DNA of 64,000 nt from Ignavibacteria bacterium (GCA_947459425.1 CANHDJ010000008.1:6671-70670), one strand, 5' to 3'. Counted from the stretch's first letter, positions 26,025-41,000 are shown. Program-made: numbers and translations. The notes: a model not told the origin generated them from the letters alone.

Positions 26025-29000
26025 ATGCGTTTCGCCGATTCTCCGTTCCGCCAGCTTGGGAGCTTGTTGGTGCTACTGTTCTGCCTTTCTCTCCCGACAC
26101 AAACGGTTGCTCAGGTAGTAACGACACTGGCGGGCGATGGCACGGCTGCCTTGCTCAATGGCACTGGCACCGGAGCGCGATTCAATTCCCCATCAAGAGT
26201 GGTAAGTGATGGCGCGGGCGGGAATCTTTATGTAGCCGATTTCTCCAATCACTGCATTCGCAGAATCGTCGTTGCAACGGGTGTGGTTACAACACTTGCC
26301 GGAAGCGGTGTTGCGGGCTTTCTTGATGCGACAGGCACGGCTGCTCAATTTCAAAACCCGTACGCATTGTGGCTTGATGGAGCGGGGAATTTGTATGTGT
26401 CTGATGGTATAAATGGGGCACGCATTCGCAGAGTTGCCATTGCAACAGGTGTGGTTACGTCGTTTGCTGGAACGGGAGTATCCGGATTTGTCAATGGTCC
26501 CGTGGCATCGGCACAGTTTGCTGGAATAGCCAGTCTCACAGGCGACGGTGCGGGAAATCTGTTCGTGTCGGATGGGAGCAACAACGTCATTCGGCGAATT
26601 GTTATAGCTACTGGCACGGTTTCAACACTTGCAGGGACAGGTGCTTTTGGACTTAATAATGGACCGGGTGCGACAGCAACGTTTGATAATCCGAATGGTA
26701 TAGGCTGCGATGGTCTGAATGTGTATGTATGCGACGCTGCAAATTTCTGTATTCGCAAAATCGTCATTGCAACCGGCGTGGTATCGACTCTGTCGGGAGG
26801 CGCTGGTCCAGGCACGGCTGATGGTGTAGCGGGAGTGGCACAGTTTCTGGGACTAACTGGTGATATGGTCTATGACGGAATCGGTAATTTTTATTTTGGT
26901 GATAATAACCGCATTCGCAGCATTTCCGCCGCAACGGGCGCGGTCTCAACGATTGCCGGATCAGGTACAGCAGGCTTTGCTGACGGGACGGGTGTTGCCG
27001 CACAGTTTAATGAAACTCTTGGTATTACCCGCGACGCGGCAGGCATTCTCTATATTGGCGACTTTAATAACCACCGCATCCGCAGACTTGTCCTGCCGAC
27101 CCCCACTGTTACCAGCTTTACTGCCACCACAGGCTATCCGGGCTTGGGAGTCATCATCAATGGAACAAATTTTTCCACCGCAACGCAAGTGCGGTTTGGC
27201 GGCGTGGTTTCGCCGTCCTTCACCGTGCTTTCCAACACGCAAATCGTCGCTGCCGTGCCGACGGGCGGCGCATCAGGCAATGTGAGCGTTACCACGCCAA
27301 GCGGGACGGGTGTGCACGTGGGCGGGTTTACCTTTACGTCGGTTATTCCGCCGCTTTCCACGTTTGCCGGAAACGCCGCCCCTGCGGGCTTTGCCAATGG
27401 TACTGGCGGTGCTGCGCAGTTCAATAACCCGATTGGTGTTGCGTTCTACGCGGGCGATATGTTTGTTACCGACGGATTTAATAATCGTGTTCGTAGAATA
27501 ACTCCGACGGGCGTGGTTACGACCTTTGCCGGTAGTGGCGCGTTTGCAACGTTTGATGGTACAGGCACAGCGGCGCAATTTGCAGCACCGCACGGTATAG
27601 CCGCAGATGCTTCGGGCAATCTCTTCGTGGCAGATTATGTCACCCATCGCATTCGTGTCATTAGCGCTGGCGGTGTCGTTACAACACTGGCGGGAAGTTC
27701 ATTAGGTTGGAACGATGCAACGGGCACGGCGGCGCAGTTTAACGGTCCTCTTGGAGTGGCATTTAGTGGCGGCATTGTTTATGTGAGTGATTTTCTCGGG
27801 CATCGTATTCGCAAAATTACCTATCCCGGCGGTGTGGTAACAACGCTGGCGGGAAGCGGCACTCCGGGCTTTGCGGACGCAACAGGCTTGGCGGCGCAGT
27901 TCAATAATCCTCGCGGAATCGCGGTGGATGCAGCAGGCAACGTGTACGTGGCTGACCAAAGCAACCACCGCATTCGCAAAATTACGCCCGCAGGTGTGGT
28001 AACGACCTTGGCAGGAAGTGGCACGGCGGGCTTTGCGGACGCAACGGGTGTACTTGCGCAATTCAATCTTCCGTCGGGGGTGACAGTGGATGCCACTGGC
28101 ACTCTTTACGTTAGCGACGCTACTAATCCTCGCATTCGCGTTGTTTCTCCCGGAGGTGTTGTTACGACACTGGCGGGAAGCGGTACGGTTGGTTTTGCCG
28201 ATGGCACGCTTGCGGCGGGACAGTTCGCTATCGCTATGGAAAGCCTCTCGTTGGATGCGTCCGGCAATGTGTTTGTTGCCGATAGAGTAAACAATGCCAT
28301 TCGCCGCATTGCCGCGCAACCACCCACCGTTACTGGCTTCACGCCAACCAATGCATACGCACTGCAAGCCGTAACCGTGAACGGCACAAACTTCTCAGGA
28401 GCGACGCAAGTGCAGTTCGGCGGCGTGAATGCTGCATGGTTCACGGTTGTCTCGGCAACGCAAATACGCGCTGTTGTGCCGATTGGCGGCGCAAGCGGCA
28501 ATGTGAGCGTTACCACAGGTCTGGGAACGGGTTCGTTTGCGGGCTTTACCTTCACCGCAACGCCGCGTGTTTCCTCGTTTGCGGGGCAACTCACGGGCGG
28601 CTTTCTGGATGCCGTCGGCGGTGCGGCGCAGTTTGTGAATCCTAACGGTATCGGCGTGGATGCTGCGGGCAATATTTATGTTGCCGAGCAGAACAATCAT
28701 CGTATTCGCAAAATCACGGCAACGGGTGTCGTGACAACCTTTGCAGGAAGTGGAGTGGCGGGCTTTGCCAATAATACAGGCATTTTGGCGCAGTTCAGCA
28801 GCCCATCGGGTGTGGCGTGTGATGCGGCGGGCAATGTTTATATCGGCGACGAAGGCAATCACTGTATTCGTATGATTACTCCGGGCGGCGTGGTTACGAC
28901 CCTGGCGGGTTTGGGCGGTACGTCGGGTTCTGCCGATGGCACAGGTACAGTTGCGCGGTTCAACAATCCTGCCAGATTGAGCATTGACGCGGCGGGCAAT

Positions 29001-32000
29001 CTCTACGTTCCCGATGCCAGTAATCACCGCATTCGCAGAGTAACGCCCGGCGGCGTGGTTACGACGATTGCGGGAAGCGGCGTGGCGGCTTCGTTGGACG
29101 GTACGGGCGTGGCAGCGCAATTTAACTCTCCCACTGCTACAGCGGTTGATGCGGCGGGGAACGTCTATGTCGCGGAATCACTCGGCAATCGTATTCGCAA
29201 AATCTCTCCGGCAGGTGTAGTCACAACGCTTGCGGGCAATGGTACGGCGAGCAGTGTGGACGGCACGGGCGCGGCAGCCACCGTAAACGCGCCCGTTGGC
29301 TTGGCGACGGATGCGGCGGGAATGCTCTACATCATCGAATCCGCGTCCAATCGTGTTCGTACGGTCAGTCAAAGCGGTGTAGTTACGACCTTTGCCGGAA
29401 CAGGCACGGCGGGGCTTGTGGATGGAACGCTCACCGCTTCTCAGTTTGCTTGGATGCGTGGCGCAGTCGCGGACGCGGCGGGTAATCTCTACATCACCGA
29501 CACGGGCAACAATACCATTCGCAAAATTAGCGTTGTTGCGCCAGTCGTTACAAGTTTTACGCCGACAAGTGCTTATCCCCTGCAAGTTGTAACTATCACT
29601 GGTACGGACTTTTTCGGCGTAACGCAAGTGCGCTTCGGTGGTGTGAATGCGGCGTGGTTCGAGGCTGTTTCGCCGACGCAAATACGCGCCGTTGTGCCGA
29701 TTGGTGCGGTGAGCGGCAGTGTTACCGTTACGAACAGCGTGGGGACTGGGACACAACCGGGCTTCACGCTGGCAGCCGCACCTGCCATTTCCACTCTTGC
29801 AGGCGATGGAACTGCAAATTTTCGTGATGCTGTGGGGGCAGGAGCGCAATTTAATTACCCGAGTGGTGTTGCATTCTACGCTGGCGATATGTTTGTTACC
29901 GACCTTAATAATCATCGTGTTCGTAGAATAACTCCGACGGGCGTGGTTACGACCTTTGCTGGTAGTGGTACGCTTGGAACGGCAGATGGTACGGGCGCGG
30001 CGGCGCAATTTGCATTCCCGTTCGGTATAGCCGCAGATGCTTCGGGTAATCTCTTCGTGGTGGATTCTTTCTCCAATAGCATTCGTGTCATTAGTTCTGG
30101 CGGTGCCGTAACAACACTGGCGGGGGGTACAGCAGGTTTTGCCGATGGAACAGGCGCGGCAGCGCAGTTTAACGGTCCTGCCGGAGTGGCATATAGTGGC
30201 GGCATTGTTTATGTGTGTGACGGGCAACGTATTCGCAAAATAACCTATCCGGGCGGCGTGGTAACAACGTTGGCAGGAGGCGTTGTTTCTGGTTTTGCGG
30301 ACGCAACGGGCTTGGCGGCGCGGTTCACTAACCCTCGCGGAATCGCGGTGGATGCAGCAGGCAACGTGTACGTGGCAGACGCAGGCAACAACCGCATTCG
30401 CAAAATTACACCCGCAGGTGTGGTTACAACCTTGGCAGGAAGCGGCGCTCTGGGCTTTGCTGATGGAACTGGCTTAATGGCGCAATTCAGTGACCCGAAG
30501 GGAGTGACCGTGGATGCCACTGGAAATCTTTACGTTAGCGATAGGGGTAATGCTCGCATTCGCGTTGTTTCGCCCGGAGGTGTTGTTACCACGTTAGCAG
30601 GAAGCGGTACGGTAGGTTTTGCCGATGGCACACTTGCGGCGGGACAGTTTTCTGGCTCTCTTGAAAGCCCCGTGTTGGATGCATCCGGCAATGTGTTTGT
30701 TCCTGATGGATTAAACCATGCTATTCGCCGCATTGCCGCTCCACCACCCACCATCACGAGCTTTACTGCCACCACAGGCTATCCGGGCTTAGGCGTGATT
30801 ATCACGGGAACAAATCTTTCGACCGTTACGCAAGTGCAGTTTGGCGGCGTGGTTTCGCCATCGTTCACGGTCATTTCCAACACGCAAATCGTCGCGGCAG
30901 TGCCGACGGGCGGTGCGACGGGGACGGTGCAAGTAACCAATCCGAGCGGAGCGGCTTCGCTAGGCGGGTTTACGTTTACGGCAGTGATTCCGCCGCTTTC
31001 GACATTTGCTGGAAATGCTACACCTGCGGGTTATGCAGATGGTACGCAAGGCGCAGCGCGGCTTAATCAGCCCATTGGCATTGTTTCCGACGGAACGAAT
31101 ATGTTTTTTGCAGATGCAGCGAATCACGTTATTCGCAGAATTAGTGCAACGGGCGTGGTTACGACGTTTGCAGGAAGCGGTACTTCCGGCTTTGCTAATG
31201 GCACGGGAACGGCAGCGCAATTTGCCTCGCCACACGGAGTGGCGACAGATTTTTTGGGCAATCTTTATGTGGCGGATTATGGCAATCATCGTATTCGTAT
31301 GATTACTTCTGGCGGCGTAGTAACAACCCTCGCGGGAAGCGGTGTTGCGGGCTTCAATGACGCGACAGGCGCGGCAGCACAGTTTAATCTTCCCCATGCT
31401 ATTCTTTTTTCAGGTGGATTTTTGTATGTAACCGAAGGTGCGGGCGGCAATAGGATTCGGCGCATAGACCCAAGCACGGGCGTTGTAACGACAATCGCCG
31501 GAGGTGCGGCGGCGGGAAATGCCGATGGTACGGGCGCAGCAGCACAGTTTGATTTCCCTTTCGGTATGGCGAATGATGCCTTGGGAAATATCTATATCGC
31601 CGACCAAAATAATCATCGTATTCGGATGATGACGACCAGCGGCGTGGTTACGACGTTTGCAGGCAGCACAGCGGGTTTTGCCGACGGCACGGGCGCTGCG
31701 GCGCAGTTCACAAACCCTCATGGTATTGTGCGCGAAGGATTAGGGAATTTCTACATTACCGATATTGGCAATAGGCGCATTCGCTATCTCAGTTCTGCGG
31801 GTGTCGTTACGACGATTGCAGGAGCGGGAACGGCTGGTTTTACTGACGGTACGCTTGCTGCGGGGCAGTTTTCTACACAGCTTTCAGGATTAGCCCTCAA
31901 CGCATCGGGAGAATTGTTTATTGCCGACCGAGGTAACAATGCCATTCGCCGCATCCTCCCTCCATCGCCCGTCGTTACGAGCTTCAACGCCACAACGGGC

Positions 32001-35000
32001 TATCCGGGCTTAGGAATCGTCATCAATGGCGCGAATTTTTCGGGGGTAACGCAAGTGCAGTTTGGCGGCGTAAATTCGCCGTCCTTTACGATTATTTCTC
32101 CATCGCAAATCGTCGCAGCCGTGCCTGCGGGCGGCGCGTCGGGGAACGTGAGCGTTACTGCGCCGACGGGGACGGGTTCGCTTGCGGGGTTTACTTTTAC
32201 GCCAGTGATTCCGCCTGTTTCGACGTTTGCTGGAAATGGCGTACCTGCTGGCTTTGCTGATGCGCAGCAAGGCGCGGCGCTGTTCAATAGCCCGTGTATG
32301 CTTGCCCGCGATGCAAGCGGCAATATCTACGTTGCTGACCGCCTCAATCATCGTATTCGCAGAATCTCTGCAAGCGGCGTGGTTACGACCTTTGCAGGAA
32401 GTGGTGTTGCGGGCTGGAACGATGCAGTCGGCTCGGCGGCGCAGTTTAATGGTCCCTACGGTGTATTGCTCAATGCCGCAGGAACGGTCTTGTATGTTTC
32501 CGATGAGGATGGACATAGAATTCGCATGATAAATACGGCAACGGCTGCCGTTACAACGCTGGCAGGAAGTGGTGTGGCGGGGTATGCAGATAACCCCACG
32601 GGACTCTTGGCACAGTTTAATCAGCCTATCGGAATGGCTCTTGACGCTGCGGGGAATTTATACGTGTGCGAAGATGTTAATGCTACGGTTCGGCGAATTA
32701 CGCCGGGCGGTGCTGTTACGACATTTGCCGGGAACGGAACGACGGGATTCGTTGATGGTGTTGGCACTGCGGCTCGGTTCAATCCACCACGCGGCATTGT
32801 CCGCGACCCCGTAAGTGGTGATTTTTATGTCAGTGATTATGGTAATCACGCTATCCGAAAAATCACTCCGGCGGGCGTAGTAACGACACTTGCGGGCAAT
32901 GGTACTGCCGGAAATACCGATGGAACAGGCAGCGCGGCGCGGTTTAATGCTCCCGTACAAATGTGGCTCGATCCCGTTGGAAATATCTACGTCGCTGATG
33001 CTTTGGGGTCTAAAATTCGCGTGGTTTCTCCCAATGGCGTTGTTACAACCATTGCCGGAACAGGCGTTGCGGGCTTTGCCGACGGCGCGACAACGGCGGC
33101 ACAGTTCCAATTTGTCAATGGTATCGTGGGAGACCCCGTAACGGGCGTATTGACTGTTTCGGACGAAGGGAATGCTCGTATTCGCCGCATTGTTCTTCCT
33201 GCGCCGACGGTTACGAGCTTCAATGCTACCACAGGCTATCCAGGCTTGGGCGTGATTATCACGGGAACAAACCTCGCAACGGTGACGCAAGTGCAGTTCG
33301 GTGGCGTGGTTTCGCCATCCTTTACGGTGCTTTCCAATACGCAGATCGTCGCAGCCGTGCCTACGCTCGGTGCGTCGGGGAATGTGCAAGTAACTAATCC
33401 GGGCGGGACGGCTTCGCTGGGCGGGTTTACCTTCACGGCGACCGTGCCACCACTTTCTACCTTTGCTGGAAATGCTGCACCTGCGGGCTTTGCCGACGGC
33501 ACAAGTGGTGCTGCCCGCTTCAACGCAACAATCGGCATGGCGTTCAACGGTGCAGGCGAAATGTTCATTGGCGACCAGAACAACCACCGTGTTCGCAAAA
33601 TTACGGCGGCGGGTGTCGTTACGACCTTCGCAGGAAATGGCACAAGCGGATGGGCGGATGGTACGGGTGCGGCGGCACAGTTTAACAGTCCGAGCGGCAT
33701 TGCTACTGACGCGGCGAATAATGTCTATGTTGCTGATTTCCTTAATCACCGTATTCGCGCTATCACGCCATCAGGTGTGGTTACGACGCTCGCGGGGAGT
33801 GGCGTTGCGGGTTTCAACGATGCAACGGGCTTGGCTGCACAGTTTAACGGTCCAGGTGGCGTAGCCGTCAGTGGTGGCAATCTGTATGTGAGTGATAATT
33901 TTGGTCATCGAATTCGCAGAATTGTCATTGCAACTGGCGTGGTAACGACGCTTGCGGGAAGCGGTACGGCGGGTTTTGCCGATGGCACGGGTGCGGCGGC
34001 ACAGTTTTCCTCTCCTCAAGGTCTTGCTACTGATGCTGCGGGAAATGTCTATGTTGCCGACCACATCAATCAACGCATTCGCAAAATCACTCCCGGGGGC
34101 GTGGTTACGACGCTGGCGGGAAGCGGTGCTGGTGGCTTTGCTGATGGCACGAGCGCGGCGGCACAATTTCAAGCACCGCTCGGCGTGAGCGTAGATGCGG
34201 CAGGCAATGTGTATGTTGCCGATGCCTTTAATGCGCGAGTGCGCTTGGTTTCGCCATTAGGCGTGGTAACAACGCTTGCAGGCTCTGGTACGATTGGCTT
34301 CCTTGATGGTGCGCTTGCCTCAGGGCAGTTTGGAAATGGTCTTATGGGTATTGCGCTGAACGCAACAAACAGTCTTTTTGTTAGCGATAGAACAAACAAT
34401 GCCATTCGCCGTGTTACAACGCCAACTATTGTTACAGCGTTCACGCCCACAAATGCCGGTCCCAGCGATGTAGTAACGATTTCAGGTGTCAATTTCACGG
34501 GCGCAAGCCAAGTGCAGTTCGGCGGCGTGAATGCTGCTTCCTACACGGTTGTTGATGCCAACACCATCACCGCAACTCCGGCGGCGGGCGGTGCGACGGG
34601 CAGCGTGAGCGTTACCGCGCCGTTGGGAACGTCGTCGTTGGCGGGATTTACCTTTTTGCCGAATGTGTTTTATTCGCAAGGCGCAGACCCCGGTACTCGG
34701 ACAAATTGGAACTCGCTTCCGGGCGGCGGCGGCGTAAATCCTACTCCGGCGCAGTTTATGAACAAGTCTGGTGATACCTACATTCTGCAAACAAGTCTTA
34801 CCTTGTTTACACCCCTCACTATCGGCAATGGCGTTACTTTCACGCATTCGGCGGGTGCTGTCCTCAGTCTGAACACGAATATGACTATTGCTGCCGGAGG
34901 TACACACACCGTTCCCGCAGGAACAAGTGTTTCTATTGACGGACCTGCGGTGCTGACCAATAATGGAACATTGAATGTCAGTGGTATTTTGGTTTTGGTG

Positions 35001-38000
35001 AACAATGCAGGTTATAGTGGCACATCGCCGAATTTTCTCGGCACAGCAAATCTTGTGTACAATGGTTCGGGCAATCTCAATATCGGCTCGGAATGGAGCG
35101 CGGTGATGCCTGCCGGAACAAATGTTGCCATAGCAAAAAATCCCGGAACATCGCTAACCATGACGGGGAACCGCACGTTGAATGGTGGTTTGGGTTATGC
35201 CGTCGGCGACTTGGTGATGGCAGGAAATACGCTCACGCTGAACGGGGGAATCGCTTTTGGTGCAGGAACGCAGATTCAAGGCGGTGCGGGAGCAAGTATT
35301 GTTGTCGGCGGCGCAGGGGCTATCACCGGAACGCCCGTCTTTATTGCTCCGCAGACACTCGGCGGCGGTTTGACGATGAATCGTGGCGGGTCTACGCTGG
35401 CGCTGGGTTCTTCGCTCACTGCCACGCCACTGACCATTTCCGGCGGAACGCTCAATACAGGCGCTTTTGCACACACGTTTTCGGCTCTCAATATCAGTGC
35501 CTCTGGCTCGCTAGCTGTCGCTGCGGGCGGTTCTGCTACGGCATTAGCAAACTATACTGTGGGTGGAAATATTACTATTGACGGCACATTTGATGCCGGA
35601 ACGACCGTAGCAAGCGGTACCGGGAGTATCGTGATTAACCCAGTTGGAACGTTCATCTCTGCTCATCCGGCTGGGTTAGTCGGAGCGCTCACGAACACGG
35701 GGGGAATTTCATACGCTGGTACTGTTCGCATACAAGGTGCGACTGTGGGCAATACTCTTGGACTGACGTTGAACAACCTCATCATTGACCGCGCTACTCC
35801 TGTTGTGTTGCCGCAAAATATGACCGTTACAGGAACGCTGACCGTTGCAAATACGGGCAATTTCGCACTTTCCGGGCAGACACTGACACTGGGCGCAAGT
35901 TCCGTAACCGCGACTACCGCCACTGGCAGCATTGATGCGACATCGGCGGGCAGTGTAATTACGATAAACGCTCCAACACTGAACGGCGCACACTTCCTGA
36001 ACGGAGAGATTCGCCGACTGAATGTGAATAGTACGCCGACCATCACAAACTCGCTGGCTATTTCGACACTTTTGGATTTAACCAATAACATCACGCTTGG
36101 CGCACCAAACGGGCGTTTGTGGCTACGGAACACCGCAACACTGAACGCCCCCGGCACGAACATTTCCGGCACCGACCCAACAAGCGAGGTGATAGTGGAT
36201 GCAGGATTCAACGCGGGAACACTTTCGGGAGCGCTCCTCGGTGCAAGCTACAACGGCGCATTGACGTTCTTAGGCGCACACAACCTCACCGGAACGCTCA
36301 CCATGAGCGGAGCGGCAGGCGCATTGGCAATGAACGGCATACTCACCCTGCAAGCCGCAACAAACCTGAATTTGAACCAAACATCCGCTAACTCCCTCAT
36401 GGGAACAGGCACGGTGCAAGGAAGTGGCGCGAGTTCGGTGATTGTGCTTGGCAATAGCTTCAATGCTGGTGTTCTTCCGGCAAATCGTTTTGCCACAACG
36501 TTGAATGCGAATGTAACCACGCCTGGCGGCGCATCCACACTAACGGGTGGCGCACTTACCTTGGGAGCCGCGCAAACACTCACGCTTGGCGGGCGCTTGA
36601 CGACAACTCTTGCCAACACGCTTCGCGTCACGAACACCGCCACAGCAGCCATTGCGGGAGCAAGCGTGACCAATTACATTGACGGACCGCTTGAACGGGC
36701 GCTGTTGCCGAATATTGCGGCGAATGGCACAAGCTATCTTTTCCCCATTGGCGAAGGCACAAGCTACCGCCCAATGACGCTCCGCGACGTGCGCACAGGC
36801 GCAACCTCACCGGTGATGCGAGGTGTAGTAGCGCCGTCGGGTGCGGTGAACGTGGATAATCTCACTATTTTGACACTTCTTTCCGGGCGGAACTGGGAAT
36901 TGACAACGGTTTCCGGCAATTTTACTTCCACAACGCTTGAATTAACCGAAGGCGGACTCACACCAACCGACCTTATGGGGATGGCTGGGGCGCAAGCGGG
37001 CGTGTATGCGAGCATTGGCGGCGCTCCCGGAGCAGGATTTGTGCGCTCTAACGCGCAAGCCGCACTTGGCAATAGATTCTATGCCATTGCCGGAACGCCA
37101 CCTGGAACATTCTTCTACAATGAAACCCTCATGGGCGATGCGTCGCTGCCAAGTTCGTGGAATTCCGTCGCAAATGGAAGCGGTGTTCCGGCGAGTTTGG
37201 GGTTGATGACAAGCGGTGTGGGAACAGTATTTATCGTCCGAAGCGGCATCACGGCTAATGCCACGACGGGAATGACCTTCGGCGCAGGTGCTACGCTGAC
37301 CCTGCAACCCACATCAAACCTTACGGTGCAATCAGGAACGCTGACCGTGAACGGCACGGCAAATGTTTCCGGCACTCTTGCTATCGGCAATGGGGCAACT
37401 CTGGCAAACGTTGGTACGACAACGATTGCGGCAACTGGTACACTTCGCATGACGGGAGCCTCGTCGGTAAGCGGCAATGCGCCTGTTTATGCGGCTTCCA
37501 CGTCGGCATTGGAATATAACGGCGCAAATGCTGTTACCGCCGGAATCGAATGGCTGAACCCCGCGCCGTACATCATTCGTATCGGAAACTCAGGCGGGGT
37601 GCGCCTTGCAAGCAATCGTACCTTGACCAATACCGCAAATCTCACTGTTCAAGCAAATGGTAGTCTCAATATCAACCACGCTGTAAATCTTGTTAATGAC
37701 GGAAGCATGATTGTATCAGGCTTGGGGGCGGTTCGTCTGGACGGAAATGGACAGATTTCCGGCGTAAGCGGCATTACCTATTTTTCCACTTCCACACTTG
37801 AATTTACCAATGTCTCGCCAAACCCCAATCTCAATGCGGGCGCGAAGGCATTTCCTGCCACCATGAACGGGAATGTGGTCATCAATAACACCGTTACTCT
37901 TCCCGAAAGCAAGCAAATAAGCGGCTCATGGACGGGATTGGGCGGCAGTGTGAATTTGAACAGCAACACGCTTACGCTAAATGATGCGATTACTTTCGGC

Positions 38001-41000
38001 GGAACAAGTTTTGTCAGCAATGCTTCGAGCGGCTTGGTGGTAGCAGGAAGCGGCGCAATGAGTGGTTTGGCGACCATCGCGGGCGGTGCAATCGGAACGC
38101 TCACCATGAACCGCGCCGGAGCGACACTCACCAATGCGGCACCAATACAAGTCTCAAATACCTTGTCATTGCAAAATGGCTTTATTTCCACGACGCTGGG
38201 CATGATTTCTCTTACCAATCCCGCAGTTGGCGCACTCGCGGGTGGCTCGGCTGCGTCGTACATTCTCGGCGGTTTGGAGCGGGCGCTGGCGGCAAACCTG
38301 ACATTCTCGCCACTTCTGTACAACTTTCCTCTTGCCAAAGGCGGTGTGTATCTGCCGTTTGTGCTTACGAGTCTTACGACGGGTGCCGTTGCGCCGATTG
38401 TTCGCGCGGAAGCCTTCAATACTGGCGTTGGGGCAAGCACGCTGTCTGGCATGGGCAGCATTAGCCTCACCGAATACTGGCAAACGGCTCTTGTGAGCGG
38501 CGCGTATACCAATGGCAGCGCCATTCTCACACGCTCGAATCTGAACGCAAGCAATGGCACGGCTTTTGCCGCGGGTGTGGGAACGACGTTTACTCCATCG
38601 GGTGGCTCGTTGTCAGGCGCAAATCCTACGGCAACACTTACCAGCAGCCCTGTTACTGGTTTGGGGCGCTTTGTCATTACATTTCCCTCTTCGGTCTTGA
38701 TTGGTGATTTCCTTCCAAAATTAGGCGCATTGGGAACGGTGGTCAATATCACCGGAAGTGGCTTCACCGGAGCTACGGCGGTTAGTTTTGGCGGCACGAA
38801 TGCTTCTTCATTTACCGTAAATTCCGCAACCAGCATCACTGCAACGGTAGCGGCTGGCGCAAGCGGCACGGTGCAGGTTACAACACCGACAGGCACGGGC
38901 GTTTCCGATTCTACCTTTACCTTCGTTCCTCCGCCAAGTATTCTCGTATTTTCTCCCATCGGCGGGGCTGCGGGAACATCGGTATTGCTGACGGGAACAA
39001 ATTTTGTGAATGTCTCTAGTGTGCGCTTCAACGGCATTCCCGCCAGCAGTTTTACAGTATTGTCGCCGACACAAGTACGCGCCACTGCTCCGGCGGGCGG
39101 TATTGGTTTGATTCAAATAACGGCTTTGGGCGGCGTGGCAACTTCGCCTGCGCCATTCTTGCCGATTCCTCCGCCGATGATTACGTCATTTTCTCCCACA
39201 ATGGGATCTTCGGGAACGGAAGTAACCATTGATGGAAGCGGCTTTAATGGCGTGAATAACGTGAAATTCGGGACGGAGAATGCGCTTTATTTCACCTATC
39301 TCTCTCCAAACCGCATTACGGCTGTGGTGAGCAATGCTGGGGCGACAGGGAGAATCTCTGCAACAACCCCTGTCGGCTCTACAACATCAACCCAAATATT
39401 TATCTTCCAAACTCCTACCAACGCCACGCGCAGCGTTGCTCCTCAGTTCGCTGCCTCCGGCACGGTGGTAACCATTCTTGGAAGTGGCTTCGGTGCAGTT
39501 GGCTCCATGAATTTGATTAATGGCAACACGACGATTCCTGTATCTTCTACCACTGTTGATTCGACGCGCATTACCTTTACGATGCCTCCGGGACTGAGTT
39601 TTGTGGGGGACAGTGTTCCGATGAAAATTGTCTTTGTTTCCCAAGCTGGGCTTGGCGACACGCTGGGTGTGATTCGGGCATTGCAAACACCATTCATCAG
39701 AAGTGTTTCGCCCGATAGCGGCAGACCGGGTACGCTGGTTACAATTCGAGGGCGCTATTTCTTAAACGCTCAGTCTGTTGCGTTTGCGACGGTCACTCTC
39801 GCCACCATGAATTATACCGTTGTTTCCGATAGCATCATCCTTGCTACTGCTCCGCCCGGAGTGCCTTCTGATGCTCCGCCCGGAATGCCTTTTGGTGATA
39901 TTTTCGTGCGCGTGAAGGCACGTGACGTAACGGCGCAAGCTCTCTGGCACAACTTCGCGCCCGTACCGAAAATAACCCAACAATCACTTGATAGCGGCGA
40001 GGTCGGAGCAGGTGTTCTCCTGACGGGTGAAAATTTTCTCGACTCAGCCAACGGTGTCCCCTTGAGGGTAACGTTTAATGGCATCCCAGCCGCATCAATC
40101 CAGATACTTTCGACCACTCGCGCTATTGCTTCTGTGCCGCCAGGCGTAAGTTCGGGGCAGATTCGTCTCACAACAGGTTGGGGCGCTGCCGTTGCACCAC
40201 GCCCATTCCGCCTCGCACAACCTTCTTCCCGTATTACCTCGTTTTCGCCCGCTATCGGTGGACCGTGGACAAGAGTGCAGGTGCAGGGAGTTCGGTTTGA
40301 TTCAACGATGGTGGTGAGTTTTGGTGGTATTCCCGCGCCGACGCAGTTTTTGAACGCCACCAATGCTATTGCCACTGTTCCACGCGGGGTTGCCGAAGGT
40401 GATGTGCTTGTTACTTTGCAAACCACACTCGGCACTGCTACGGCAACGGGAGCATTCATCGTGCTGCCATCGCCGATGATTACCAACATTGACCCCATTT
40501 CTGCCGGTGCAGATGAGCCGATAACGATTTCGGGCAAAAATTTTATCAATGTTACGTCGCTAACGCTGAATGCCGCACCAATACAGGACTTTACGATTCT
40601 TTCGGATTCGCTCATTATTGCAACGTTTGTGACTGTTCCCGTCGGTGTCGGCGTTGTAACAGCCTTCAATGTCGGCGGGCAGGGTAGTTACGCTCTGCCG
40701 TTTGAGTTGTTACCGCCGTCGGTTGCCAATGCGCCGCGCAATCTCGTATTTCAGCCAAGTTTTGGTCCGGCAGGAACACGCATCCGCATAACGGGACGGA
40801 ATCTGGGTGGTATCGTCGGAGCAAGGATTGGCGGGGTTTCTGTGGCAGGAATTGAGCAAATTTCCACAACGGAAGTTATTGTGATTGTCGGGCGCGGTGC
40901 AACGGGCGCAATCGTGCTGACCAACGGCTTTGGCACAGGCGGGAGTCGCTCGTCGTTCCGGTATCAAATGCCGTTGGAGTTAGATTCTATCGCGCTTGTG

